A stretch of 64,000 nucleotides of DNA from an uncultured delta proteobacterium (GCA_963767925.1 CAVYGB010000006.1:352001-416000); one strand, 5' to 3'. Counted from the first letter of the stretch, positions 1-10,219 are shown. Notes: a model not told the origin generated them from the sequence alone. Translations and numbers: made by a program.

Positions 1-2
1 AC

Positions 3-185
3 CTCGAGTTCATGAACTCCTCCTGCTTGAAGTCGCTCGTCGGCTGGATCAGCCGCATCCAGGACGAGCCCCCCAACAAGCAATACCGGGTCCTGTTTCG
101 CTCGAGCCCCGCCCTGTTCTGGCAGCGCCGCAGCCTGCACGCCCTGAGCTGCCTGGCCAGCGACCTGGTCACCGTCCAGACCTGA
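3..185 (+). CDS. STAS-like anti-anti-sigma-type regulator (Slr1659/SiaC-like), 5' end outside the window
   Basis: Manual translation LEFMNSSCLKSLVGWISRIQDEPPNKQYRVLFRSSPALFWQRRSLHALSCLASDLVTVQT*. It has the STAS-like FMNSS phosphoacceptor motif and is a clear paralogue of 309..680. Confidence 0.75.
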   Translation, partial: LEFMNSSCLKSLVGWISRIQDEPPNKQYRVLFRSSPALFWQRRSLHALSCLASDLVTVQT

Positions 186-308
186 CCGGTGGCCCGAGGT
201 CGGGGTGGGGGGCGAGCCGCAGGGCTCCGCCCGACGTCCGGTCTCCGGGGCGCGGGCAAGGCCGGTCCGACCTCCGGAGGACCCGGAGCGCCGGCCGGCC
301 GCGTTTCC

Positions 309-680
309 TCAGCTCTCGATCGTCACGATGTCGCTGGCCAGCGAGGAGATGGCGAACAGGCTCCGCTTTTGCCAGTACAGCGTGGGGCTCGAGACCACCG
401 TGATGTGGTAACGCTCGGCGGGGGGGAGGTCCTGGATCTGGGTCACCCAGACCACCAGGGACTTCAAGCAGGACGAGTTCATGAAGGCCAGGCTGCGCAC
501 GTCCAGCGACACGTTCTGCAGATGCTGCCGCCGCGCCTCCTCGTGGATGGCGGCCAGGAAGCGCTCCAGCGCCAGGCGCACGTTGAGGTCGGCGTTGCCC
601 GAGACCTTGGCGGTGAGGACGCCATCGCTGACGCTGGCCTCGGCCGCAAAATCCACGTCGTGTACCGATTGAATGCTCAT
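309..680 (-). CDS. STAS-like anti-anti-sigma-type regulator (Slr1659/SiaC-like)
   Basis: 123 aa with LDVRSLAFMNSSCLKSL and WQKRSL motifs. Overlaps the upstream gene by 4 nt (ATGA). Confidence 0.75.
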   Translation of the reverse strand: MSIQSVHDVDFAAEASVSDGVLTAKVSGNADLNVRLALERFLAAIHEEARRQHLQNVSLDVRSLAFMNSSCLKSLVVWVTQIQDLPPAERYHITVVSSPTLYWQKRSLFAISSLASDIVTIES

Positions 681-1177
681 CGCTTCATCCCTGCGCGTCC
701 GGGCAGCTCCACCTGGGTGCTGGCCATGATGGCCACCGTGTTCGCCTTGACCTCGAGCCCCAATGACATCTCTGCCTCCGCTGCAATCCGCGCCAGTCCC
801 AGCCCCGACTCGCCCGCTACCCGCGAGGAGGCCACCATCAGCTTCTGGTAGTGCGCAAACGGGTCCGCGGCGCTGGCGATCGCCTGGACCCGCTGGCGTA
901 GCTGCTCGATGTGGGCAGCGGTCGTGTCATTGATGAGCGAGAGGGTCACCTGGGCGTGGTCGCCCTCGAGCCGGGTGGAGAACCGGAGCAGAGCCCGGTT
1001 GGCGGTGGCATATTTGGCCGCATTCTCCAGCAGCTCGTGGGCGGTCATGGAGACCCGGAACACCGCCTCGGGGTCCGCGATCAGGCGCTCGAAGACCTCT
1101 TCGACGAAGCGCCGCACGATGGACACGAAACGCGGGTTCGGATCGAGCGACAGGTCGAAGGTGAGCCCAGTCTCCAT
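677..1177 (-). CDS. HATPase-like anti-sigma/serine-kinase-type regulator (Slr1658/SiaB/RsbW-like)
   Basis: N-box HELLENAAKY and G-box SGLGLARI, no HisKA domain. Start placed at the ATG (METGL...) at 1177; the ORF track extends to 1228. Confidence 0.7.
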   Translation of the reverse strand: METGLTFDLSLDPNPRFVSIVRRFVEEVFERLIADPEAVFRVSMTAHELLENAAKYATANRALLRFSTRLEGDHAQVTLSLINDTTAAHIEQLRQRVQAIASAADPFAHYQKLMVASSRVAGESGLGLARIAAEAEMSLGLEVKANTVAIMASTQVELPGRAGMKR

Positions 1178-1404
1178 TTGGGAGCAAGGCACCACATCGG
1201 AAGAACGACGGGCGGCATTGAATGGCACGCGCCGATCGCGCGCTCCGCAGCGCGCCAGTGCAACTTCGAAGACGGTGCCCTAGCCACGGGGTGTCGGGAA
1301 ATTTGGGCGCTGATCGCCGCCCTGGCCCGCGGCCGTTCCGTTTCGCCGGCGGCAGCTGATCCCCCCGCTCCAACCCCGGCAGGGGCCGTGCGCTCGAGCC
1401 TCGT

Positions 1405-2795
1405 TCATCCGGCCAGGGTCAATTTCCGTTTCTCGGCGATCCCGCGAACCAGCTTCGTGAGATTGAAGCCCAGGGCTGCGCGCTGACCGCAAGCGCCCAT
1501 CATCGCGGCCGAGCGGGCCGCGGGACGATTGAATCCGTATTTGGCCCTTTTGATAGTGCCGATCGAGCCCTCGACCAGCGCCCGCTCCTTGATGAGTCGG
1601 TCTTTCACCTTGCCCTCGACCTCCCATGGCGTGCGACCTCGGGGGGCCAGTCCCACGTCGCGCACGCCCAGTTCGCCGAGTCGCTCCACGTTCTTGGCAC
1701 TGTGGCCGGCGCGATCGTAGGCGTAGGCGCGCGGTGCCTTGCCCAACAGGGTGACCAGGTCCTCGACCGCTCGCACCGCGAACTTGGAGTCCTGCAGATC
1801 CGCCTTGTCGCGGGCCATCGTCGCCAGCACGAAGCCTCCGCGCAGGCGCGTGATGCCCCAGGACAACCCGAACTCGACGGTCTTGCCCACCTTGCCGCGC
1901 ACGATCGAATACAGCTCCGGGATGTGCAGGTTGATGATCTTGCCGGCGGCCACGTAGCCCGTACGCAGCCAGTAGCGGATCTGCGGCAGGAGCTTGCCGA
2001 CCGTCTGGTGCAATTGGGCCAGCTTGCGTCGCGCGACCACGCCGCACCCGCGCAGCTTGTGGCCCTGAACCGAGGCCGCATCGAGCGCCTTTCCCAGCTG
2101 GCCGTTGAGCTGCTCGATCAGATTGGCCATCCTGGCCACCGCTCGATCCTTGGCAGCCTTGGTCTTGGCGAACAGTCGGTACTTGCGCACCTGCTCCTTG
2201 GCCTCCTTGATCTTGCAGGCGGCCCTGACCACGAAGCCTTTGACGGCCTGTCCGGCCCTGCGCGCCGCCGACTCGACCGACCGCACGAAGCCGGCCAGCA
2301 GTCCCATTTCGTTGGGATGCGGGATCGCCGCCTCCTGTGCCGTCATGTCCGCGACGGCGACCCTGGTGTCGGCCAGCCCCAGCGCCACCGCCTGCTCGAC
2401 CACGCTTTCGTTGATCAGCCGCACGCCGTCCTCGCCCATCAGCTGCGCGAAGTCGTGGACGGTGGTGAAGTCCGGCGTCCAGTCCGTCTCGGTCAACCCG
2501 CACAGGTACCTCGCTGGCGCGTAGTACCGGATCTGGTCCTCCAGTTCGCGGTAGGGCCGATTCCTGATCGCCATCAGGGTCAGCGCACCCAGCAAGGCCC
2601 GGAGCTGGGGCGGCCGTCCTGCCGCATTCTTGAGCTTCTTTCCCGGATCTTTTCGGCCCGGACCTCCATCTCGGTCCAGTCCACCGTGTCGGTCAGGACG
2701 ACGATGGGATGGTTGTCGGGCAACTGGATCGCCGGGCGCTTCGAGCGGGGGAATAGATCGGGCTGGCGGTTGCGGCCGCTCGGTCGTCGAGGCAT
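1405..2795 (-). pseudogene. IS5-family DDE transposase with one frameshift near 2640
   Basis: N-terminal frame 2580..2795 (HPIVVLTDTVDWTEME..RAEKIRE) joins frame 1405..2832 (KKLKNAAGRPP..PDFTT..VADMT..RGKVGKTVEFG..YDRAG..RALVEGSIGTIKRAKYG). Could be a real lesion or a sequencing indel. Confidence 0.8.
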
Positions 2796-2890
2796 CGCGG
2801 ACCTCCTTGGTCACGCTGTCCATCAGCCACATCTGGCCGAGCTTGTCGATCCCCTATCGCGTCGGTGATCGAAAGCGAGGTCCCAGGTCT

Positions 2891-3283
2891 TCATCGAATT
2901 GCACGGTTCATCATTTTCGTGAGCATGGCGGCCACCCGCCCCACCAACTGGCGAGCGCGCGGTCGGATGGTCGAAGGACACAAACCCCGATGCTCCAGGA
3001 GCGTCATGGCGGCATCTACCTCGAGAGCGGAACCGCGCGCGATCTTCAGACAGCGCGCTCGGTCGGCGCCATCGCGGCCGATGGCCTCGGCCAGGTTGAG
3101 TACTGTGGAGCCGGACGCTCGCTGCGCCTGATCGAAGAGCCAAGCTTGTCCGCGGCTGCCCTGCCGTGCCAGGCGGGCGACCAGTTCATCAAGCTCGACC
3201 GCGACCCGGTAGGCGTCCAGACGCTCGTGATCCAGAGTTCCGTGCCAGGCGGCATGCTCGTCGACTCGCTCATCTTTGGCCAT
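2891..3283 (-). CDS. Four-helix-bundle protein (23S rRNA IVS protein / Avd-like family)
   Basis: Family motifs LDHERLDAYRVA, DQAQRASGSTVLNLAEAIGR and IARGSALE. Confidence 0.85.
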   Translation of the reverse strand: MAKDERVDEHAAWHGTLDHERLDAYRVAVELDELVARLARQGSRGQAWLFDQAQRASGSTVLNLAEAIGRDGADRARCLKIARGSALEVDAAMTLLEHRGLCPSTIRPRARQLVGRVAAMLTKMMNRAIR

Positions 3284-3316
3284 TCGCCCTTATCGGCTCG
3301 CGCATCGCTGCAGGTT

Positions 3317-3478
3317 CGTGCACGTGCACGGAAGACGTGCACGGGACTCGTCAGACGTGCACGACTCACGTGCTCGTGCACGTGCACGGAAGACGTGCAC
3401 GGGACCCGTCAGACGTGCACGACTCACGTGCTCGTGCACGTGCTCGTGCACGGAAGACGTGCACGTGCACGGACACGG
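3317..3478. repeat. 58-bp tandem repeat (2 full copies plus a partial) built from GTGCAC/CACGTG palindromes
   Basis: Units 3317-3374 and 3375-3432 differ at one base; a rearranged partial copy follows. Confidence 0.9.
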
Positions 3479-3543
3479 TTTTCGGACGGGACTGCAGGCG
3501 CGGAATCTCCGACGCGAAGCCCCAATTTCCCGACAACCCGTAG

Positions 3544-5401
3544 CTAGGTCTCGAGGCCGGCCAGGGGGCCGGTGCGGGCGAAGAAGCGGTCGACGCGGGC
3601 CTCCACCGCAGGGTCCTCCTCGAGGGGCGGCGCGTGGTAGGGCTTGATGCGGGCGTCGATCACCAGCGGGCCCTGACAGCCCCAGTGCTTGTCGACGACC
3701 CGCTCGCCGCCGCCGCGCACGTCGACGGCGGGGTTCGAGCGGGTGAAGGTGACCCAGAGGAAGTTCTCGAGCGAGCGGGCGGTGAACTCGCTGTCGTCGA
3801 CACAGGACCACCAGGGGGAAGGCGTCGAGCTGCGGCTGCTCGGCGAGCAGGGCGGTGATCCGCCCGACCTCGTCGCCGCCCGAGGGCTGGAACGGCCGGG
3901 CTGTCACCGCCAGGACGCCGGGCAGGCACAGCCGGGGACCGCGGAAGCCGTCGGGCAGCCGCAGGTCGGCCGGCACCGAGGTCCCCAGCGTCCGCCGGGG
4001 CTTGCCGGCGGCGGCGAGGACGAGCTTGGAGCCCTGGTTGAGCCCGCCCCCGGAGTAGTCGAGCGTGTCGATGGTGGTGCGGGTCTGGAAGTGCAGGTCG
4101 CGGCCCAGGTGCACCCGTTCGAGCAGGTGGCGGAAGAAGGCCGGAATGTCGTGCACGTCCAGCGCGGGGTCGTCGTCGGCCGCCACGACGAACAGGTACT
4201 TGGCCAGGGAGAGCTGGCCCTGGCCCAGGATGGCGTTGGCCTGGGTGAGCAGCTCCTGCGGCTCGTCGGGGCGGGCGTAAGGGACGTAGCGCTCGCTGCC
4301 GATCGCCAGCAGCAGCGGGTGCACGCCGGTGGCGTCGACGGCGTGCACCGCCTTGACCCCGGCCAGCACGGTGGGGATGACCGGGCCGGTCAGCTCGTGG
4401 ATGAGCGCCCCGAACACCGTGTCCTCCTGGGGCGGGCGGCCGACAACCGTGAAGGGCCACACGGCGTCGGGGCGGTGATAGACCGCCTCCACCCGCAACA
4501 CGGGAAAGTCGTGCACGAGGCTGTAGTAGCCGAGGTGATCGCCGAAGGGCCCCTCGGGCTTGCGCAGTCGGGGATCGACCTTGCCCACGAGGCAGAAGTC
4601 GGCGTCGGCGTGCACCGGCAGGACGTCGCGCCCGGGGCGGGCCAGGCGCACGCGCCGGCCCGACAGCGCCCCGGCGAAGGCCAGCTCGGACAGGCCCTCG
4701 GGCAGCGGCATCACCGCGGCCAGGCTCATGGCGGGCGGCCCGCCCACGAACACGTTCACCGCCAGGTCCTGCTGGCGGCGGATGGCGGCGGCGTGGTGGA
4801 CCCCGATGCCCCGGTGGATCTGGTAGTGCAGGCCCACCTCCCGGTCGCGCTCGTAGCGGCCCCCCGAGAGCTGGATGCGGTACATGCCGAGGTTCGAATG
4901 CATCGGGCCGGGGCGGTCCGGATCTTCGCTGTACACCTGAGGCAAGGTGATGAAGGGCCCGCCGTCGGCGGGCCAGCTCCGCAGCGGCGGCAGATCCGAC
5001 ACCGCCGCCCGGTGGGCCAGCACCGGCCCGCCGCGCACGCGCCGGGGCAACATGTGCAGCGCGGTGGCGGGCGCGCCGAGGTAGCGCAGCGGCCGCCGCC
5101 AGAACGCGCTCGGGTCGATCTTCAGCTCGACCAGGCGACGCACCGCCGGCAAGGTGTCCCGGAAGATGAACCGCGCCCGGTCGAGCGAGCCGAACAGGTT
5201 GCTCACCATCGGGAACCGGCAGCCCTTGACCCGAGAAAAGTAGATGGCGGGCCCCCCTGCCCGGAAGACGCGCCGCTGGATGGCAGCCGCCTCCAGGTTG
5301 GCGTCGACCTCCTCCTCGAGCCGGACGAGGTGGGCACGACCGTCCCCGTCCTTGTTGACGGCGAGATCGTCGATGCAGGCGCGGAGCGACTTGTAGATCA
5401 T
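3544..5401 (-). CDS. UbiD-family decarboxylase (prFMN-dependent) with a frameshift near 3800
   Basis: Motifs WPADGGPFITLP, NLGMYR, EGPFGDHLGYY and GRPPQED. After LVVL the conserved-looking C-terminus (DDSEFTARSLENFLWVTFTRSNPAVD..IDARIKP..) continues in another frame to TAG at 3544-3546. Confidence 0.85.
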
Positions 5402-5530
5402 GAGGGCAGCGGGGTTTTACCCAAAAAGGCAGAGGTTCCCGCATGTTCCGAAAAAGGTAGGGAACCGGGTGGATGGTGTAGCAGGTACGTCTGCTCATGA
5501 TAATATGCTGCGCCAGGTAGCGAGCGAATC

Positions 5531-7309
5531 ATGGGGGCGCCAAACGAACGCGGGACGGGAAGCAGGGGCGCACCTGCGGCCGCCGAGGTCACGGCCCAGA
5601 GCGGCTCGGGCGCCCGCCCGACCGTCCCCCGGAGCGCGCCGCGTACCGGCTCGGGCCCCATCCAGGGCTTCGACGGATCGTTGCCGCCCGGGACGATGCT
5701 CGGCAAGTACCAGATCATCCGGCAGCTCGGTCAGGGCGGCATGGGGGCGGTGTTCGAGGCCGTGCATACCGGCATCGGCAAGGGCGTCGCCCTCAAGACG
5801 ATGAACCCGGCCCTGGTCAACGATCCCCGCTCGGAGGAGCGCTTCTTGCGCGAGGCCGAGGCCGCCTCCCGGCTGGAGCACCCCCACGTCGTCGGGGTGA
5901 CCGACTTCGGCTCCGACCAGGGCATCATCTACCTGGTGATGGAGCTGCTGCGGGGCGAGGACCTGGCAGGCCTCGTCGCGCGCGCCCCGGCCGGCCTCGA
6001 CGCCGCCTTCACCGCCGACACGATGCTGGCGGTGTGCGCGGGCGTGTTCGCCGCTCACGAGTCCGGGGTGGTCCACCGCGACCTCAAGCCCCAGAACATC
6101 TTCCTCTGTCACACCGCCCTCGGGGAGGTGGTGCCGAAGGTCCTGGACTTCGGCATCTCGAAGATGGTCAACCGCAACGACGCCCACTCGCTCACCAACT
6201 CGGGCTCGGTGATGGGGACCACCCACTACCTCTCGCCCGAGCAGGTGCAGGGCGCTCACCTCGACGGGCGCAGCGACGAATACGCCCTCGGCGTCATCTT
6301 GTACGAGTGCCTGACCGGCCGGCGCCCGCACGAGGGCGACAGCCTCTACGCGATCATGCGCAGTATCAGCGAGGGGCGCTTCCACCCCCCGCGCGTGCTG
6401 CGCCCCGATCTCTCGCCCGAGATGGAGGCGGTGGTGCTGCGGGCCCTGGGAATCCGGGCCGACGATCGCTACCCCTCGGTGCACGCGCTCGGTCGCGCGC
6501 TGCTGCCCTTCGCCTCGCCCAAGGGGCGGGTGGTCTGGACCGACTACTACTCCCGGTCTCCGGGGCCGTCGGGGCCGCCGATGTCCGGCTCCAGCAGCCG
6601 GGGCATGTACGCGCCGCCGGCCGCGCCCCCCACGGTGTTCTCGGCCCGGGGCACCCCCAGCGACGTCTCGCCGGTCTCGGTCATCCGCACCAACGAGGTG
6701 GTGCGCCGGTCGGGTGGCCTGCGCTGGTGGCAGGTCGGGCTGGGCGCGATCGCCCTCGCCGGCGGCGGCGCCGCCTACATGACCTTCGGGCCGCCCCGCT
6801 CCTTGCTGGACGCCGGCAAGGCGGACGTCGCCGGAGTGGGTAAAAGCGTCGGCAGCCCGGGCGGCAACCTCGGCCGAGCCGCCCCCGGGGGCACCCCCGT
6901 GGGCTCGGAGCCACCCGCCGCCCCCCCCACCAGCAACCGGCGCGCCGCTGGATCGGTTCCGGTGTCGCCACCGGCCGCGCCGCCCGCCAGCGATCCGACC
7001 GTCGAATCTCCGGGTCCGCGTCCTGGCGCAACTCCGGCTGAACGCCCGCGCGCCGTCGAGGACGACGCCCCGACCGGCTCGGCCAGGCGCGGAGCCGCCG
7101 CCCGAGCCGTCACCACGCGCGAGACCCGGACCGTGCGCCCCGAAATCACCGCGCCCGCCACGCGCAACCGCCAGCGACCGACCGCCCGTCGCCCCGAGCC
7201 GGCCCAGAGCGCTCCCCGCGAGCGGGAGCGACGGCCCCCCCGCAACGACGATCAGCTCCCACCTCCCACGCCCCTCCGGGGCCCTGGCGGCGCTCCGATC
7301 CTCGACTGA
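5531..7309 (+). CDS. Membrane-anchored Hanks-type Ser/Thr protein kinase
   Basis: LGQGGMGAV, VALK, HRDLKPQN, DFG, GTTHYLSPEQ; one hydrophobic TM segment and a Pro/Arg-rich tail. Confidence 0.93.
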   Translation: MGAPNERGTGSRGAPAAAEVTAQSGSGARPTVPRSAPRTGSGPIQGFDGSLPPGTMLGKYQIIRQLGQGGMGAVFEAVHTGIGKGVALKTMNPALVNDPRSEERFLREAEAASRLEHPHVVGVTDFGSDQGIIYLVMELLRGEDLAGLVARAPAGLDAAFTADTMLAVCAGVFAAHESGVVHRDLKPQNIFLCHTALGEVVPKVLDFGISKMVNRNDAHSLTNSGSVMGTTHYLSPEQVQGAHLDGRSDEYALGVILYECLTGRRPHEGDSLYAIMRSISEGRFHPPRVLRPDLSPEMEAVVLRALGIRADDRYPSVHALGRALLPFASPKGRVVWTDYYSRSPGPSGPPMSGSSSRGMYAPPAAPPTVFSARGTPSDVSPVSVIRTNEVVRRSGGLRWWQVGLGAIALAGGGAAYMTFGPPRSLLDAGKADVAGVGKSVGSPGGNLGRAAPGGTPVGSEPPAAPPTSNRRAAGSVPVSPPAAPPASDPTVESPGPRPGATPAERPRAVEDDAPTGSARRGAAARAVTTRETRTVRPEITAPATRNRQRPTARRPEPAQSAPRERERRPPRNDDQLPPPTPLRGPGGAPILD

Positions 7310-7399
7310 TCGCCTCGATACGGAGGGCCAATCAGGGCCGCGGCGAGGCGAGGCTTCGACGCTAAAGAGGCGCTGTGATCCGCCGAATTCTAGGCGGCG

Positions 7400-7915
7400 A
7401 TGTTGGGCTGGTTGCAACGCGGCGGGTTTCGCGCGCAGCTCCGGATCGCGACCCTGGCCGGCATGGCCGTGGCCGTGACCGCCTGTGCCTGCGCCGATCG
7501 GCGGCGCGGCAGCGAGAGCGCCGTCCGGGCGGCGGCCGCGGCGCCCGCGCCGATGGTGGCGCCGATCGGGGCGGCGGCGGGCCCCAGCAGGGCCGCCGGC
7601 TGCGGGTTGCCGGGCGAGCCCGATTGTCCGTTGCAGGCCTGGATGGACCACCGCTTCAACGGAGCCCTGAGCTCGGGCGACTACCCCGAGCTGGCGCGAT
7701 CGATGCGGGAGCTAGCCGCCGATCGTCCCGAGCCGTTCTCCACCTGGGCGAGCTGGGCCGAACAAGGCGCCGCCGCGGCCGAACGCCAGGACGACGCCGG
7801 CATCCGCAAGGCTTGCTCCGGTTGCCACGACGACACCCGCGAAGCCTACCGCCAGACCATGCGCGACCGACCGGTGCGCTCGGCGGCCATCCTCCCCGAC
7901 GACAGCGGCCCCTGA
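7400..7915 (+). CDS. Putative exported monoheme c-type cytochrome (cytochrome c'-like layout)
   Basis: N-terminal hydrophobic segment ending in Cys (possible lipobox), helical-looking body, and a C-terminal CSGCH heme-binding motif. Start uncertain. Confidence 0.55.
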   Translation: MLGWLQRGGFRAQLRIATLAGMAVAVTACACADRRRGSESAVRAAAAAPAPMVAPIGAAAGPSRAAGCGLPGEPDCPLQAWMDHRFNGALSSGDYPELARSMRELAADRPEPFSTWASWAEQGAAAAERQDDAGIRKACSGCHDDTREAYRQTMRDRPVRSAAILPDDSGP

Positions 7916-8107
7916 ACCGAGACCGACCAGTCAGTAAGTGGCGTTCGTCCCGGGCCCCCGCGAAGCGGCCGTTTGCGCGAGTCAGGGTGTCTCAGAAAAT
8001 TCCCGAGGTTCGCGCGGATCTCGCGGGGTCTTGCGCGATCAGGGCACTCCACTGACAGCGTTGTCCCCAGGGGGCGCTGGCCAGGATAAGATGACCCGGT
8101 CGCGCAA

Positions 8108-9370
8108 ATGAGCGAAACGGAGCGGTTGCATCAGGCGGAGAGGACGGCACGCGAGGCGCTCGAGCTCGCTCGCCGGACCAATGGCATCTTCGATGTGACT
8201 GCGGCCCTGTCCACGGCGACAAGCGTGAACGAGGCCTGCGACGTGGCGGTGCTCCGGGGGGTCCAGGCCCTGGGGGCTGTCGCCGGGGGCGTCTGGCTGG
8301 AACACGACACCTTGCCGGTCGTCGATCTGGTGCAATCGGTCGGATATTCCCGGGCTGCGATCGAGACCTTCGGTCGGATCCCCCTCGACGGGGGGACCCT
8401 CGCGCCGGTGCTCGACGCCGTCCGCTCGGGCGAGTCGATCTGGATCACCTGCCGGCAGGCCCTCGAGACCAGCTACCCGGACATCGAGCTCGACCGCCCG
8501 GAGCTGGCGGTGGCCGCCTTGCCCCTGTGGGCGGAGGCCCGCTGCATCGGGGCCATCGCCTTCACCTTCGACCACGTGCGGGATTTCTCCCCCATGGAGA
8601 AGCAGTTCCTGCTGGTGCTCGCCCGTCACTGCGGGCAGGCGGTCGAGCGGGCCCGCCTGTTCGACCGGGAGAAGCGGGCGCGCGAGGACGTCCTGGCCCT
8701 GGTCACGCACGACCTGAAGAATCCGCTCGGCGTGATCCTCATGACCGCGGAGACCATCCTGCGCCTCGATCTCGACGATTCCGCCCGCCGGATCCACGGC
8801 CACGCCGAGACCATCCGGCGCTCGGCCGAGCGGATGTCACGCCTGATCGGGGACCTGGCGGACTTTTCCCGCCTGCAGGGCGGGCGCTTCGCGATCAGCC
8901 GGTCGCCCTGCGCCCCGCCCGAGATCACCCGGGCCGCGGTCGAGATGTTCACCGCCCTGGCCCAGGACTCCGCGCAGCAGCTCCGGATCCACCTGCCCGC
9001 CGATCTGCCGACCCTCCGCTGCGATGGCGACCGGGTGATCCAGGCGCTGGGCAACCTGATCTCGAACGCGGTCAAGGTGACCGGCCAGGGCGGCACCGTC
9101 ACGGTGGGGGCCCATACCTGCGGCGCGGATCTGATCTGGTTCGTCGAGGACAGCGGGCCCGGCCTCAGCGCCGACGACCTGCCCCGCCTGTTCCAGCGCT
9201 ACTGGCGCGGAGCGAACACCCGCTACGAGGGGACGGGGCTCGGCCTGGCCATCGCCAAGGGGATCATCGAGGCGCACGGCGGACGGATCTGGGCCGACAG
9301 CCGGCCGGGCGTGGGGAGCCGCTTCTCCTTCTCCATCCCTCTCGCCGGCGCGGAAGAGGCGGCCGGCTGA
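8108..9370 (+). CDS. GAF-domain sensor histidine kinase
   Basis: N-terminal GAF, H-box THDLKNPL, N-box NLISNAVK, DSGPG and GTGLGLAI. Confidence 0.92.
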   Translation: MSETERLHQAERTAREALELARRTNGIFDVTAALSTATSVNEACDVAVLRGVQALGAVAGGVWLEHDTLPVVDLVQSVGYSRAAIETFGRIPLDGGTLAPVLDAVRSGESIWITCRQALETSYPDIELDRPELAVAALPLWAEARCIGAIAFTFDHVRDFSPMEKQFLLVLARHCGQAVERARLFDREKRAREDVLALVTHDLKNPLGVILMTAETILRLDLDDSARRIHGHAETIRRSAERMSRLIGDLADFSRLQGGRFAISRSPCAPPEITRAAVEMFTALAQDSAQQLRIHLPADLPTLRCDGDRVIQALGNLISNAVKVTGQGGTVTVGAHTCGADLIWFVEDSGPGLSADDLPRLFQRYWRGANTRYEGTGLGLAIAKGIIEAHGGRIWADSRPGVGSRFSFSIPLAGAEEAAG

Positions 9371-9392
9371 AGCTGGTCCCGCGCGCTCCTTG

Positions 9393-10219
9393 TCAGTACG
9401 TCAGCCGCAGCAGGAGCCCGCCGCCCGCACGCACCGGCAGGGGGGCCACCTGGACGGTGCTCCGGTCGGGCGACGCGGCCGCCCGGACGCCGAGGTAATA
9501 CAGCAGCGCGCCCGTCGAGACCGCGGTGGCGCCCACCCCCAGAAAGACCCATTGCAGGAGGAAGGCCCGATGGCCGCGCTGATTGAGCGACTCGATCGCG
9601 CCGAGGTCCGGAGCGGTCCGCCGGGCGAGCTCCCGGCCGTCCTCCTCCAGCCAGGTCGTCTGCATCCCGAAGTAGGTGGCCACGCCCAGCGCCGCCAGGC
9701 CCGCGCCGGTCGTCACCAGGCCCGCGACCCGCAGCGTGCGGCCGATGGAGGGGACCTCCAGCCGGGCCCCCAGCTCGGGCGGCGACCCCTCGGCGGCCTC
9801 GGCTCGGCCGGCCGGCGGAGCCAGCCCGGTCGGAGGCGGCGCCGATGCGGCGGGTGAGGGAGCGGGGGCGGCGGGCAGCCCCTGCAGCTCGAGGATGAGC
9901 TGGCGGGCCCGGGTGGCGGCGGCGGGATCGGCGTCGGACCGCCGCAGGTACATCTGGAAACGGGCCAGCGCCTCGGCGTGGTGGCCGTTCTTCTGGTAAC
10001 AGCGCCCCTGATTGAAGATGTAGTTGCCGTCGTCGGTCTGGGCAAACAGCTCCGCCAGGATGCGCACGCCCTCCTCCAGGCGCCCCGACGAGCAGGCCGC
10101 CTCCGCTTCCCGGTGGCGCGCCTCGAGCTGGGCGCCGTCGCCCCCACCCTGGGCGCGACCGACCGCCGGCCAGGCGACAACCACGAGCGCGAGCAGCGGC
10201 GCCAGCCGGCGTGGCCCGG

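Larger units (their letters stand above)
1284..3543 (-). mobile_element. IS5-like insertion sequence with passenger gene
   Basis: Left TIR CCACGGGGTGTCGGGAAATTTGGGC (1284-1308) matches the reverse complement of 3519-3543 at 22/25 positions. CTAG flanks both ends (1280-1283 and 3544-3547). Contains a DDE transposase. Confidence 0.85.

Noticed and set aside
2630..2660. Programmed -1 frameshift in the transposase
   Set aside because: An in-frame A_AAG exists, but restoring one A gives a natural-looking IREKKLKN, and similar indels occur in unrelated genes. Not excluded, but unsupported.
2891..3478. Diversity-generating retroelement or rRNA intervening sequence
   Set aside because: No reverse transcriptase, no TR/VR pair with adenine-specific differences, and no rRNA nearby.
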